Source of the DNA: Chloroflexota bacterium
GTDB lineage: Bacteria; Chloroflexota; Anaerolineae; Anaerolineales; Villigracilaceae
Assembly (NCBI GenBank): GCA_013152325.1
Contig: JAADGN010000045.1
Location: forward strand, 18,310-82,309
Reading direction: 5' to 3'
DNA: 64,000 bases
Part shown: positions 25,744 through 34,153 of the stretch, piece after piece
Position numbering within the stretch: position 1 is the first letter of the stretch
Layout of the letters: each line of letters opens with the position of its first letter
Position numbers and translations under genes: made by a program
The notes under the pieces: model-generated
The model's input: only the letters and a program-made list of their open reading frames with translations
Databases searched by the model: none
What the model was told of the DNA's origin: nothing

Positions 25744-25772
25744 ATGACACGCGCCGGTTTTTCGGCTATGCT
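25744..25772 (+). promoter_or_regulatory. predicted promoter P5 (ATGACA-17-TATGCT)
   Basis: -35 at 25744-25749, -10 at 25767-25772, 23 nt from site 5. The ATG at 25796 follows AGGAGA. Confidence 0.65.
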
Positions 25773-25795
25773 CTCCTATCAGGAGACAAAGCCTC

Positions 25796-26892
25796 ATGCA
25801 CCCAAAGGACAATCCTTCCCTTAATCGTCGAGACTTTCTCAAGCTGGGCGCGCTCGGTTTCGGCGCGCTGGCTATGCGCCCCTGGGAGCGTTCACTCCCC
25901 TCGCAAGATTTCCCCCAATCCGAACGCCTGGGACGCGTCGTGGTCGGCAAGCTGGACGTCAAATCCCGCCCCGACGCGGCCAGCCAGACAGTCGGCACCC
26001 TCTACGAGGACGCCGTCGTCGCCTGGCTGCGCGAGACGACCGGCCCCATGCCGTATCGTCCGAACCAGCGCTGGGTCGAAACGCCCGACGGGTTCGTCTG
26101 GTCGCCGTACCTGCAGCCGGTGCGCAACGAGAAAAACGTCCCGTTGAACGCGCTCCCCGAAACGAGCCTCGGCCCGGGCATGTGGGCGGAGGTCACCACC
26201 CCCTACGTCAACCTGACGCTCGCCAATCCGCCCGCCCGCGCGCCCTGGCTGGTCAACCGCCTCCAAAGCACGCTGCCGCCGCGCTTCTTCTACAGTCAGA
26301 TCGCCTGGATCAATCAAGTCCGGGCGGACGATGCGGGGCAAATCTGGTACCAGATCCAGGAACGCTACAGCTACGGCGACGCCTTCTGGGTCCCGGCGGA
26401 AACGATGCGCCCCCTGACCGCCGAAGACGTCAGCCCCATCAGCCCCGAGGTGGAAGACAAGCGCATCCTGGTGGACATCACCTATCAAACCCTGTCCTGC
26501 TACGAGGGCAACACCGAGGTCTACTTCTGCCGCATTTCCAGCGGCGCGCTGTTCGACTACCAGGGCAACCGCGTGGACGCCTGGAGCACGCCGCCCGGCC
26601 GGCACCGCATCTGGCGCAAGGCTGTCTCGCTGCCCCTGAGCGGCGGCTCGGCTGCCGTCGGCTGGGACCTGCCCGCAGTCGGCTGGACGACCCTCTTGGC
26701 GTCGCCATCCACTCGACCTATTGGCACAACAACTACGGCGTGCCGACCTCGCGCGGCTGCGTCAACGCCCGCCCGGATGACGCCAAATGGATCTTCCGCT
26801 GGACCCAGCCAGTCGTCCCCTATGACCCCGGCGACGTCACCGTCTCGATGCCCGGCGGCACACTGATCGAAGTTACGGAGAAACAATTATGA
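25796..26892 (+). pseudogene. Tat-exported L,D-transpeptidase (YkuD domain) interrupted by a -1 nt frameshift near 26697
   Basis: Frame A gives MHPKDNPSLNRRDFLKLGALGFGALAM...VGWDLPAVGWTTL. Frame B continues GVAIHSTYWHNNYGVPTSRGCVNARPDDAKWIFRW (catalytic H...GC motif). One missing base in CTCTT|GGC joins them. This could be a sequencing indel rather than true decay. Confidence 0.7.
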
Positions 26893-27524
26893 CCCGACCT
26901 GACCCGCGCGCCACGGCGCGCACCCGCGCTCGCTACCAACGTATTTCGGGTCTCTACGACCTGATGGAAATCCTGCCGGAAAAACGCTACACGTCCTGGC
27001 GGGAACAACTCTGGGCACAGGTGCACGGCCCCAACGTCCTGGAAATCGGGGTCGGCACCGGCAAAAATATGCCTTTTTACCCCCCGGGACTGCACATCAC
27101 CGCCATTGACCTGACCCCCGGCATGTTGGCCCGCGCCCGCAAGCGCGCCGCCGAACTCACCCTGGACGTGGACTTGCGGCTGGGCGACGCGCAGGCGCTC
27201 GACTTTCCGGACGACTCCTTCGACAGCGTGGTTGCCACCTTCGTGTTCTGCTCCATCCCGGACCCGATCCTGGGCCTGCGCGAAATCCGCCGCGTCCTGA
27301 AACCGGGCGGATGCCTGTACTTGCTGGAACACATGCGCTCCCCCAACCCATCCATCGGCCGCGTGATGGACACCCTCAACCCGCTGGTCGTGCGCATGAT
27401 GGGCGCCAATATCAACCGCCGCACGGTGGAGAACGTCCGCTCGGCTGGTTTCGAGGTGGCCGAAGCGGCAAATTTGGCGGCTGGCGGCATTTTCAAGCGT
27501 GTCGTCGCCTGCAAACAACAATAA
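26889..27524 (+). CDS. class I SAM-dependent methyltransferase
   Basis: VLEIGVGTGKN motif I and LKPGGCLYLLEH. The ATG overlaps the upstream TGA. Confidence 0.8.
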   Translation: MTRPDPRATARTRARYQRISGLYDLMEILPEKRYTSWREQLWAQVHGPNVLEIGVGTGKNMPFYPPGLHITAIDLTPGMLARARKRAAELTLDVDLRLGDAQALDFPDDSFDSVVATFVFCSIPDPILGLREIRRVLKPGGCLYLLEHMRSPNPSIGRVMDTLNPLVVRMMGANINRRTVENVRSAGFEVAEAANLAAGGIFKRVVACKQQ

Positions 27525-27607
27525 GTCTTTATCCTACCTTTAAACTCTCTTTACACAAGCCTGCTATCCTAATCGAAAAGCAATTCATTCAAATTCGGAG
27601 GAATCTA

Positions 27608-27961
27608 ATGAAACGAAATACCATTTGGATCATCATCATTGTACTGGTCGCCATAGTGCTGTTCCTGCTGCCCAGCCTGTTCATGTACGGCCGCAGCGGC
27701 TGGACTGACGGCTACGGTATGATGGGCGGCAGTGGCATGATGGGCGGCTACGGCATGATGGGCGGCTGGATGTTCCTGGGCTGGTTGATCCCGGTCGGAA
27801 TTCTCATCCTGGTCATCGCCGGCGGCGTTTGGCTGGGGAACACCCTCAGCAACCGCGGCAGCGCGCCCCCCGCCGCTCCGGCGCGGACCTGCTCGAACTG
27901 CAGCAAGCCCGTCGCCGCCGACTGGAAGACCTGCCCGTACTGCGGCACCCCGCTGGAATAA
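27608..27961 (+). CDS. membrane protein with (G)YGMMGG repeats and C-terminal zinc ribbon
   Basis: MKRNTIWIIIIVLVAIVLFLL...GYGMMGGSGMMGGYGMMGGWMFLGWLIPVGILILVIAGG...CSNCSKPVAADWKTCPYCGTPLE. GGAGGA lies upstream of the ATG at 27608. Confidence 0.7.
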   Translation: MKRNTIWIIIIVLVAIVLFLLPSLFMYGRSGWTDGYGMMGGSGMMGGYGMMGGWMFLGWLIPVGILILVIAGGVWLGNTLSNRGSAPPAAPARTCSNCSKPVAADWKTCPYCGTPLE

Positions 27962-27971
27962 GGAGCCTATC

Positions 27972-28256
27972 ATGTGCGGCGGCGGCCCTATTCGACAACT
28001 CTTAAATGCTGCGCAGCAGGTCTCCTCCTCGCCGGAGGAGACAATGCCGCGCCCACCCCGAACGGCGGAAATGACCTGCCCAACCTGTCACACGCCGGTA
28101 CAGGCCAGTTTCACCTGGTGTCCAACCTGCGGAGCGGCGCTCAAGCCGCAGCCCTGCGTCTATTGCGGCCAGATTCTCGCCCCGGAAGATAAAAACTGTT
28201 CCGCGTGCGGCGCGCCGCGAGCGCGTTCCCGGGCCGGGTCAGCGAATTCGGTTTGA
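27972..28256 (+). CDS. double zinc-ribbon protein
   Basis: CPTCHTPVQASFTWCPTCGAAL and CVYCGQILAPEDKNCSACGAP. The start is uncertain (27972 or the internal ATG at 28044). Confidence 0.55.
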   Translation: MCGGGPIRQLLNAAQQVSSSPEETMPRPPRTAEMTCPTCHTPVQASFTWCPTCGAALKPQPCVYCGQILAPEDKNCSACGAPRARSRAGSANSV

Positions 28257-28274
28257 TCCCGCAGGAGTGAAAAA

Positions 28275-28802
28275 GTGAAAAGAACATCTCAAGTCATCCT
28301 GATCTTTTTGGTCGGGAACCTGTTACTGGCTGCCTGCATCCCCCTCTGGCGGGGCGCGCCCAACAGCCCCATGAATCCCGGCCGCGGCTGGTGGGGCAGC
28401 GGGAACTTCGCTTCGAACGGCGAGCAGATCTATTTCACGGCCACCAACCAAAACGGTGAGCGGATCGCCTATTCCGGCGGGGCGGGCTACGGCGGCATGA
28501 TGATGAGCAGCGCATCGCTCACCTGCGCTTCCTGCCACGGCGTGGACGGGCGCGGCGGGGAACACGTCATGCACATGGACGTCATGGACGCCCCCGATAT
28601 CCGCTACACGGCTCTCAACAGCGAAGAAGAACACGAGGAAGAGGGCGGCCACGACGGCGAATATGATCTGGAAACCTTCCGCCAGGCCGTAGTCAATGGG
28701 CAGCATCCCGACGGCGCTCTCCTCGACCGCGATATGCCCCGCTGGCAGATGAGCGACCAAGACCTGGCCGACCTGCTTGAATACCTGAAGACGTTACCGT
28801 AG
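28275..28802 (+). CDS. exported c-type cytochrome with acidic/His-rich insert
   Basis: GTG start after AGGAGTGAAAAA. It has a signal anchor, CASCHG, and a Met-rich stretch GGMMMSS. Confidence 0.75.
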   Translation: MKRTSQVILIFLVGNLLLAACIPLWRGAPNSPMNPGRGWWGSGNFASNGEQIYFTATNQNGERIAYSGGAGYGGMMMSSASLTCASCHGVDGRGGEHVMHMDVMDAPDIRYTALNSEEEHEEEGGHDGEYDLETFRQAVVNGQHPDGALLDRDMPRWQMSDQDLADLLEYLKTLP

Positions 28803-28859
28803 CCCGGATCGCGGTCACATCGTGTCGGGCGATATTTGCCCGATGCGCCACACGGAATC

Positions 28860-28898
28860 AAACATGGCCTATCCTGAACAAAAGGATAGGCCATGTTT
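28860..28898. terminator. strong hairpin terminating the 27.6-28.8 kb unit
   Basis: AAACATGGCCTATCCT (28860-28875) / AGGATAGGCCATGTTT (28883-28898) with a 7-nt loop. Confidence 0.65.
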
Positions 28899-28943
28899 CC
28901 TTAACGGCCGCCAAAACTGAACCCGTCCAAAAAACCACACACG

Positions 28944-28973
28944 TTGACAAAGCATATGAAAGACACGTATAAT
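28944..28973 (+). promoter_or_regulatory. near-consensus sigma-70-type promoter for the peptide ABC operon
   Basis: TTGACA (28944-28949), 18-nt spacer, TATAAT (28968-28973). Confidence 0.6.
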
Positions 28974-29150
28974 TCGCCCTACGGATTATTCGACAGTTTA
29001 TGTTCGAAAGGAGGAGTCGCAGAAACAAGTGTCTAACACAACTTACCACAAGTATCCACAAAAGTTGATGCCAACGATATGCACAACAAACTTGCTTGGC
29101 GTCACGCGTACTTCCAACAAGATTCTCCAACTGAGGAGGAGAAGAAGATA

Positions 29151-30788
29151 ATGAAAAACAAAACTCTGTATATTCTGCTCGCGGCGTTCGTCCTTGCCAG
29201 CATGGTATTGACCGCTTGTGGGCCATCCACTACGCCAGAACCGGCCCCGGCCCCTGCCGAGACGGAGGCCCCCGCCCCCGCTCCCGCTGAAACAGAGGCT
29301 CCCGCCCCTGAAGCCGCCGCCCCCCTGGTCATCGGCACGACCGATAGCTGGTCGAGCTTCGAGGTCGCCTGGGTTTACAGTTTCCACGACTGGGAACTTT
29401 TCCACCAGTGCGCCGACGGCCTGCTCAATAACGTCCCCGGCACCGCCGGCGAGGTAACTCCCGCGCTGGCCGAAAGCTATGACGTTAGCGAAGATGGCAA
29501 GACCTATACCTTCCACCTGCGCGAGGGCGTGGTCTTCCCCAATGGTGACCCGCTCAACGCCGACGTGGTTGTCTGGTCGCTGCAGCGCGTTTACACCATC
29601 CAGGATATCGAAGGCGACAACGCCAACTTCCTGGTGACCGCCTACGTGGAAAGCAAGGACGCCATCAAGAAGGTCGACGACATGACCGTCGAAGTAACCT
29701 TCGCGGAGCCGTTCGCTTTCGCGCCGCAACTGATCGCCACCAACCCCTGGAAGATCGTCAACCCCAACCAGTGGACGGACACCGAAGCCAACACCACCAA
29801 TACCGCCTGCGGCATCGGCCCCTACACGATCACCAACTTCACCGAAGGCGAAGAGGCCATCTTCGAGGCCAACCCCACCTACTACGGTGATGCCCCGAAA
29901 ACCGAAAAAGTGATCGTCCGCTACTTCGCTGACTCCCCAACCATGGCCCTGGCCCTGAAGAACGGCGAAATTGACGTCGCCTGGAAGCAATTGGCCCCCG
30001 CCGACATGGACGCGCTGCAGGACGAGGCAGGCATTACGGTTGAAAAATCCGGCGGCACAGAGATCCGCTACATCGTGTGGAACAGCACGACCCCGCCATA
30101 TGACAACCCCAAAGTCCGCCTGGGACTCTCCATGCTGCTCAATCGTGAAGAGTTAGCCGACCTTGGTTGGCAGGGCATCAAAGTGCCGCTCTACTCGATG
30201 GTTCCCCCCGGATTCCTCGGCCACAAACCGACCTTTGAGGGCACCGAGGACGTTGAAGGCGGCAAGGCGCTGCTCGCCGAAGCCGGTTTCGACGAGAACA
30301 ACCCGCTGGTCCTGGATCTGTGGTACAGCCCAACTCACTACGGCGACACCGAAGCCGACGTTGCTGCGGTCATCAAGCAGCAGTGGGAAGCCAGCGGCGT
30401 CGTTCAGGTCAATCTCCAGTTCCTGGAGTGGGCCGCCTACCGTGACGCAGGCCGCGCCGGCGAAATGCCGGTTTCGCTGCTTGGTTGGTATCCTGACTAC
30501 CTCGACCCGGACAACTACACCAACGTCTTCGCTCACTCACCAGCTGCCTGGTCTGGTTCTTTCTACAACAACCCAGACATGGACGCCCTTCTGGACGCCC
30601 AGGCCGCGGAGCGTGACGAAGCCACCCGTATCGCCCTGCTCGAGCAAGTTCAGGATCTGTGGGCGACCGATGTGCCCTTCACACCCCTGGTTCAAGGCGG
30701 ACTGTACGTTGCCTATCGCGATGGCATCTCCAACGTCGTCCTTGATCCGCTCGGGTTGTTCCACTACTTCCTGATCGAGAAGAAGTAG
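29151..30788 (+). CDS. ABC transporter substrate-binding lipoprotein, family 5 (peptide/nickel, DppA/OppA-like)
   Basis: MKNKTLYILLAAFVLASMVLTACG lipobox and a Pro/Ala/Glu-rich repeated linker, followed by an SBP_bac_5-like body. GAGGAGGAG lies upstream of the ATG at 29151. Confidence 0.85.
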   Translation: MKNKTLYILLAAFVLASMVLTACGPSTTPEPAPAPAETEAPAPAPAETEAPAPEAAAPLVIGTTDSWSSFEVAWVYSFHDWELFHQCADGLLNNVPGTAGEVTPALAESYDVSEDGKTYTFHLREGVVFPNGDPLNADVVVWSLQRVYTIQDIEGDNANFLVTAYVESKDAIKKVDDMTVEVTFAEPFAFAPQLIATNPWKIVNPNQWTDTEANTTNTACGIGPYTITNFTEGEEAIFEANPTYYGDAPKTEKVIVRYFADSPTMALALKNGEIDVAWKQLAPADMDALQDEAGITVEKSGGTEIRYIVWNSTTPPYDNPKVRLGLSMLLNREELADLGWQGIKVPLYSMVPPGFLGHKPTFEGTEDVEGGKALLAEAGFDENNPLVLDLWYSPTHYGDTEADVAAVIKQQWEASGVVQVNLQFLEWAAYRDAGRAGEMPVSLLGWYPDYLDPDNYTNVFAHSPAAWSGSFYNNPDMDALLDAQAAERDEATRIALLEQVQDLWATDVPFTPLVQGGLYVAYRDGISNVVLDPLGLFHYFLIEKK

Positions 30789-30945
30789 TTGACACTCTCT
30801 AGAACGTTGGGCTAAGACCCAACAAGGGGCTTGGGCGCTCCAACTTGCGTTCAAGCCCCTTTTCCCGTCTGTAACAATTGCCTCGGCGGCGGAACTTCCA
30901 GTTTCCAATCCTCGTTCTACTGCTGCCCATTTACAAGAGGTATTC

Positions 30946-31962
30946 ATGTCTTCAGCCTTGCGACGCTATATTGTCGTCCGAATATTGCTCACGATCCCCA
31001 TGTTGCTGATCCTCGTCTCGTTGGTATTTGTCGTCTTGCGCGTTCTGCCAGGCGACCCCGCGCTGGCCATTTTGCGAGAAGGCGCGTCCGACGAACAACT
31101 TGCCAGTTTTCGCGCCGCGTTAGGGCTGGATCAGCCGCTGCACATCCAGTATCTAAATTTCATCTCCGGCGTAGTGCGCTTCGACTTCGGGGAATCAATG
31201 ACCCGCTCTATTCCCGTGATAGATGAAATCAAAACCTTTTTCCCCGCCACGATGGAACTTGCAATAGCTGGCATGTTCATAACAACGGTTGTCGGTATTT
31301 TTTCCGGTGCGTTTGCCGCCCAACATCGAAAGAAGGCATCGGACTATATTATTCGGATACTCAGCATTATCTTGTATTCCCTTCCTATTTTCTGGTTGGG
31401 CCTGATGTTACAAATGTCCTTTGGCGCAGGGCTCGGTTGGCTGCCTGTCTCAGGCCGTCTTTCGCCGGGCATGACGCCAGAGCAAACCATTACGGGCATG
31501 TACACGATCGATGCGATCCTGACAGGCAATTGGCCTCTGTTCAAAGACGCCATCACACATCTCATCATGCCCGCCATAACATTGGGATTGGTGTTGGCCG
31601 GTATCTTCACCCGCCTGACGCGAGCCAACATGCTCGACGTTCTCGAACAGGATTTCATCACGGCAGGACGAGCACGAGGATTAAAGGAACGCGTGCTCGT
31701 CTACAAACACGGCTTGCGCAACGCCTTCATCCCCATCGTCACCCTGCTGGGATTGCAGTTCGCGTTGCTCCTGGCGGGCGCCATCCTGACCGAAACAACC
31801 TTCTCGTGGCCGGGCATGGGCCGCCTGGTCATTGACCGCATCTACGACCGCGACTTCACCACCGTCCAGGGCGCAATACTGTTCTTTGCCCTGATGGTGG
31901 CTGGAGCCAGCCTGATCGTAGACATCCTGTACGGTTTCCTTGATCCCCGCATCCGGTACTAG
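30946..31962 (+). CDS. ABC transporter permease (DppB/OppB-like)
   Basis: 338 aa, starting MSSALRRYIVVRILLTIPMLL with a BPD_transp_1-type core. Confidence 0.85.
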   Translation: MSSALRRYIVVRILLTIPMLLILVSLVFVVLRVLPGDPALAILREGASDEQLASFRAALGLDQPLHIQYLNFISGVVRFDFGESMTRSIPVIDEIKTFFPATMELAIAGMFITTVVGIFSGAFAAQHRKKASDYIIRILSIILYSLPIFWLGLMLQMSFGAGLGWLPVSGRLSPGMTPEQTITGMYTIDAILTGNWPLFKDAITHLIMPAITLGLVLAGIFTRLTRANMLDVLEQDFITAGRARGLKERVLVYKHGLRNAFIPIVTLLGLQFALLLAGAILTETTFSWPGMGRLVIDRIYDRDFTTVQGAILFFALMVAGASLIVDILYGFLDPRIRY

Positions 31963-31964
31963 AC

Positions 31965-33146
31965 ATGACAGACACAACCCAAAATCCTATTCAAGCACTA
32001 CCCGCTGACCTGGAAAACATCGGCATCCTGCAGCGATTGTGGCGCGGGCGCATCTGGTACGGTACCGAATGGTATATCACCGTATTCGGCGGGCTAATCC
32101 TGGCAGTCATGATCACCATGACCATCTTTGCTCCGCTGATCGCCCCTTATGACCCCAACGATTTTGTGGGCGCACCGTTTACAGCGCCGGGAAAAGGCCA
32201 ACAGGCTTTGCTGGCGCGCGCAGGTCAAAGCCCCATTACCGATACCGCGGATCTAACTGACGTGGTCATCGGCGTGCAGCGCAACCGAAACGGCGGCAAC
32301 CTGGCGAAAGAACTCGGCGCAAAGGGCAAACGCTATCAGACCGAAGATGAACTGCTGGCCGGGCTGACCAGCGGAGAAGTCGACCTGATCTTCGTCAATC
32401 AAGACCTGGTGCCAGAACTGCTGGCAGCCCACCCCGATTTCGAGATTGTCGCCGAGAAAATGGGCCACCGGTTCGCGCTCGGCACCGACAACCTGGGACG
32501 CGACATCGTCAGCCGCCTGATCTGGGGCGCACGCACCGTCCTCCAGGTGGCATTGTCTTCGGCGCTGTTCTCGTCCGTGATCGGGATCGCGCTCGGCCTG
32601 ATCTCCGGCTTTGTCAGCGGAGCGCTGGACCGCGTTGTCTCGCTGATCATGGACAGCATCTATTCCTTCCCCGGCCTGCTGCTGGCCATCGCCATGGTGA
32701 CCATGCTGGGCCCGGGGTTGTTCAACGTGGCGATTGCCGTCTCGGTGATCTATGTGCCCACCTTCTTCCGCGTGGTGCGTGGACAGGTACTGTCCATCAA
32801 GGAAGAGCTGTACGTCGAGGCCGCGCGGAGTCTGGGTGCCAAGCCCATCACCATCCTGAGCAAGTACATCTTTCCCAACGTAATTCCCTCGGTGGTGGTG
32901 GTCTTTTCGCTCAACGTGGCAGACGCCATTTTAACGGAGGCCGGCTTGAGCTTCGTCGGACTCGGGCTTCCGCCCGACATCCCCGACTGGGGCTACGACC
33001 TGAGCAAGGGACATTCCTTCCTGGTGGCCGGTCACTGGTGGATGATCACTTTCCCCGGCATTATGATCACGCTGGTCGCGGTCGGGTTTAGTTTGTTAGG
33101 CGAAGGCTTGAGCGAAATACTCAACCCGCGCCTGGTAAAGAATTAG
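31965..33146 (+). CDS. ABC transporter permease (DppC/OppC-like) with ~100-aa extra periplasmic insert
   Basis: Conserved APYDPN ... FALGTDNLGRDIVSRLIWGA flank an insert (VVIGVQRNRNGGNLAKELGAKGKRYQTEDELLAGLTSGEVDLIFVNQDL...) that resembles one lobe of a solute-binding protein. Confidence 0.8.
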   Translation: MTDTTQNPIQALPADLENIGILQRLWRGRIWYGTEWYITVFGGLILAVMITMTIFAPLIAPYDPNDFVGAPFTAPGKGQQALLARAGQSPITDTADLTDVVIGVQRNRNGGNLAKELGAKGKRYQTEDELLAGLTSGEVDLIFVNQDLVPELLAAHPDFEIVAEKMGHRFALGTDNLGRDIVSRLIWGARTVLQVALSSALFSSVIGIALGLISGFVSGALDRVVSLIMDSIYSFPGLLLAIAMVTMLGPGLFNVAIAVSVIYVPTFFRVVRGQVLSIKEELYVEAARSLGAKPITILSKYIFPNVIPSVVVVFSLNVADAILTEAGLSFVGLGLPPDIPDWGYDLSKGHSFLVAGHWWMITFPGIMITLVAVGFSLLGEGLSEILNPRLVKN

Positions 33147-33154
33147 GATACGCC

Positions 33155-34153
33155 ATGACGACGAACGATATTCTCTACAGTGTCCGCGAGTTGGTCGTAG
33201 AGTATCACACCCGCGTGGGAGACCTGAACGCAGTTGACCACGTTTCACTGGACATCAAACGGGGCGAGGTGCTCGGACTGGTAGGTGAATCCGGATGCGG
33301 CAAATCCACGCTGGGCAAGGCGCTCATGCGCATGATCCAGGACCCGGGCAGGATCGTCTCCGGAGAGCTGTGGTTCAACGATGTCGAATTGCTTTCCCTG
33401 TCCAACGAAAAGATGCGCCAACTGCGCGGCAGCCGCATCAGCATGATCTTCCAAGACCCAATGACCTCGCTCAATCCGGTGCAGCGGGTCGTCGATCACA
33501 TCACCGAGACCATCCAGGTACACGAGCCAAAAACCAGCGACAAGGCCGCCCGCGCTCGCGCCGCCGAACTGGTGGACAGGCTGGGCATCAACCGTAATCG
33601 ACTGGACGACTATCCGCATCAACTCTCAGGCGGCATGCGCCAACGCGTGATGATCAGCCTGGCACTGGCCCTGCGGGCCGACCTGGTGATCGCCGACGAG
33701 GCCACCACCTCGCTGGACGTGATCGTGGAGGCGCAGTTCCTCGACCTGCTCAAGGAACTGCGTGAGGAATTCGACCTGACCATCCTGCTCATCACGCACA
33801 ACATCGGCCTGGTGGCCGAGTTGGCAGACCGGGTCGCCGTGATGTACGCCGGACGCATGGCCGAAGTGGCGGAAATCAGGCAGCTTTTCAGCGACGCCAA
33901 ACACCCATACGCACAAGGGCTGCTAAAAGCCGTCCCCAACATCCGCCTGGACGATGATGAGTTGTATAAGATGCCCGGCTCGCCGCCCAATCTGATCACA
34001 GCGCCGACGGGTTGCCGCTTCCATCCGCGTTGTCCGCAAGTGATGGAGATCTGCGCCCAACAGGCGCCAAAATTCCAAGAAGTCTCTCCCGGGCAGCTAG
34101 CCAGTTGCTGGCTCTACCAGGAACACCCGGAAAAAGCAGGACAGGCCGCATGA
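33155..34153 (+). CDS. ABC transporter ATP-binding protein (DppD/OppD-like)
   Basis: GESGCGKST, LSGGMRQRV, VIADEATTSLD and a C-terminal oligopeptide-type extension (CRFHPRCP). Confidence 0.9.
   Translation: MTTNDILYSVRELVVEYHTRVGDLNAVDHVSLDIKRGEVLGLVGESGCGKSTLGKALMRMIQDPGRIVSGELWFNDVELLSLSNEKMRQLRGSRISMIFQDPMTSLNPVQRVVDHITETIQVHEPKTSDKAARARAAELVDRLGINRNRLDDYPHQLSGGMRQRVMISLALALRADLVIADEATTSLDVIVEAQFLDLLKELREEFDLTILLITHNIGLVAELADRVAVMYAGRMAEVAEIRQLFSDAKHPYAQGLLKAVPNIRLDDDELYKMPGSPPNLITAPTGCRFHPRCPQVMEICAQQAPKFQEVSPGQLASCWLYQEHPEKAGQAA

Noticed and set aside
29225-29320. Tandem DNA repeat (GCCCCGGCCCCTGCCGAGACGGAGGCC-like units)
   Set aside because: It encodes the PAPAPAETEAPAPAPAETEAPAPEAAAP linker of the substrate-binding lipoprotein. 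It is a coding low-complexity linker, not a regulatory or CRISPR-like repeat.
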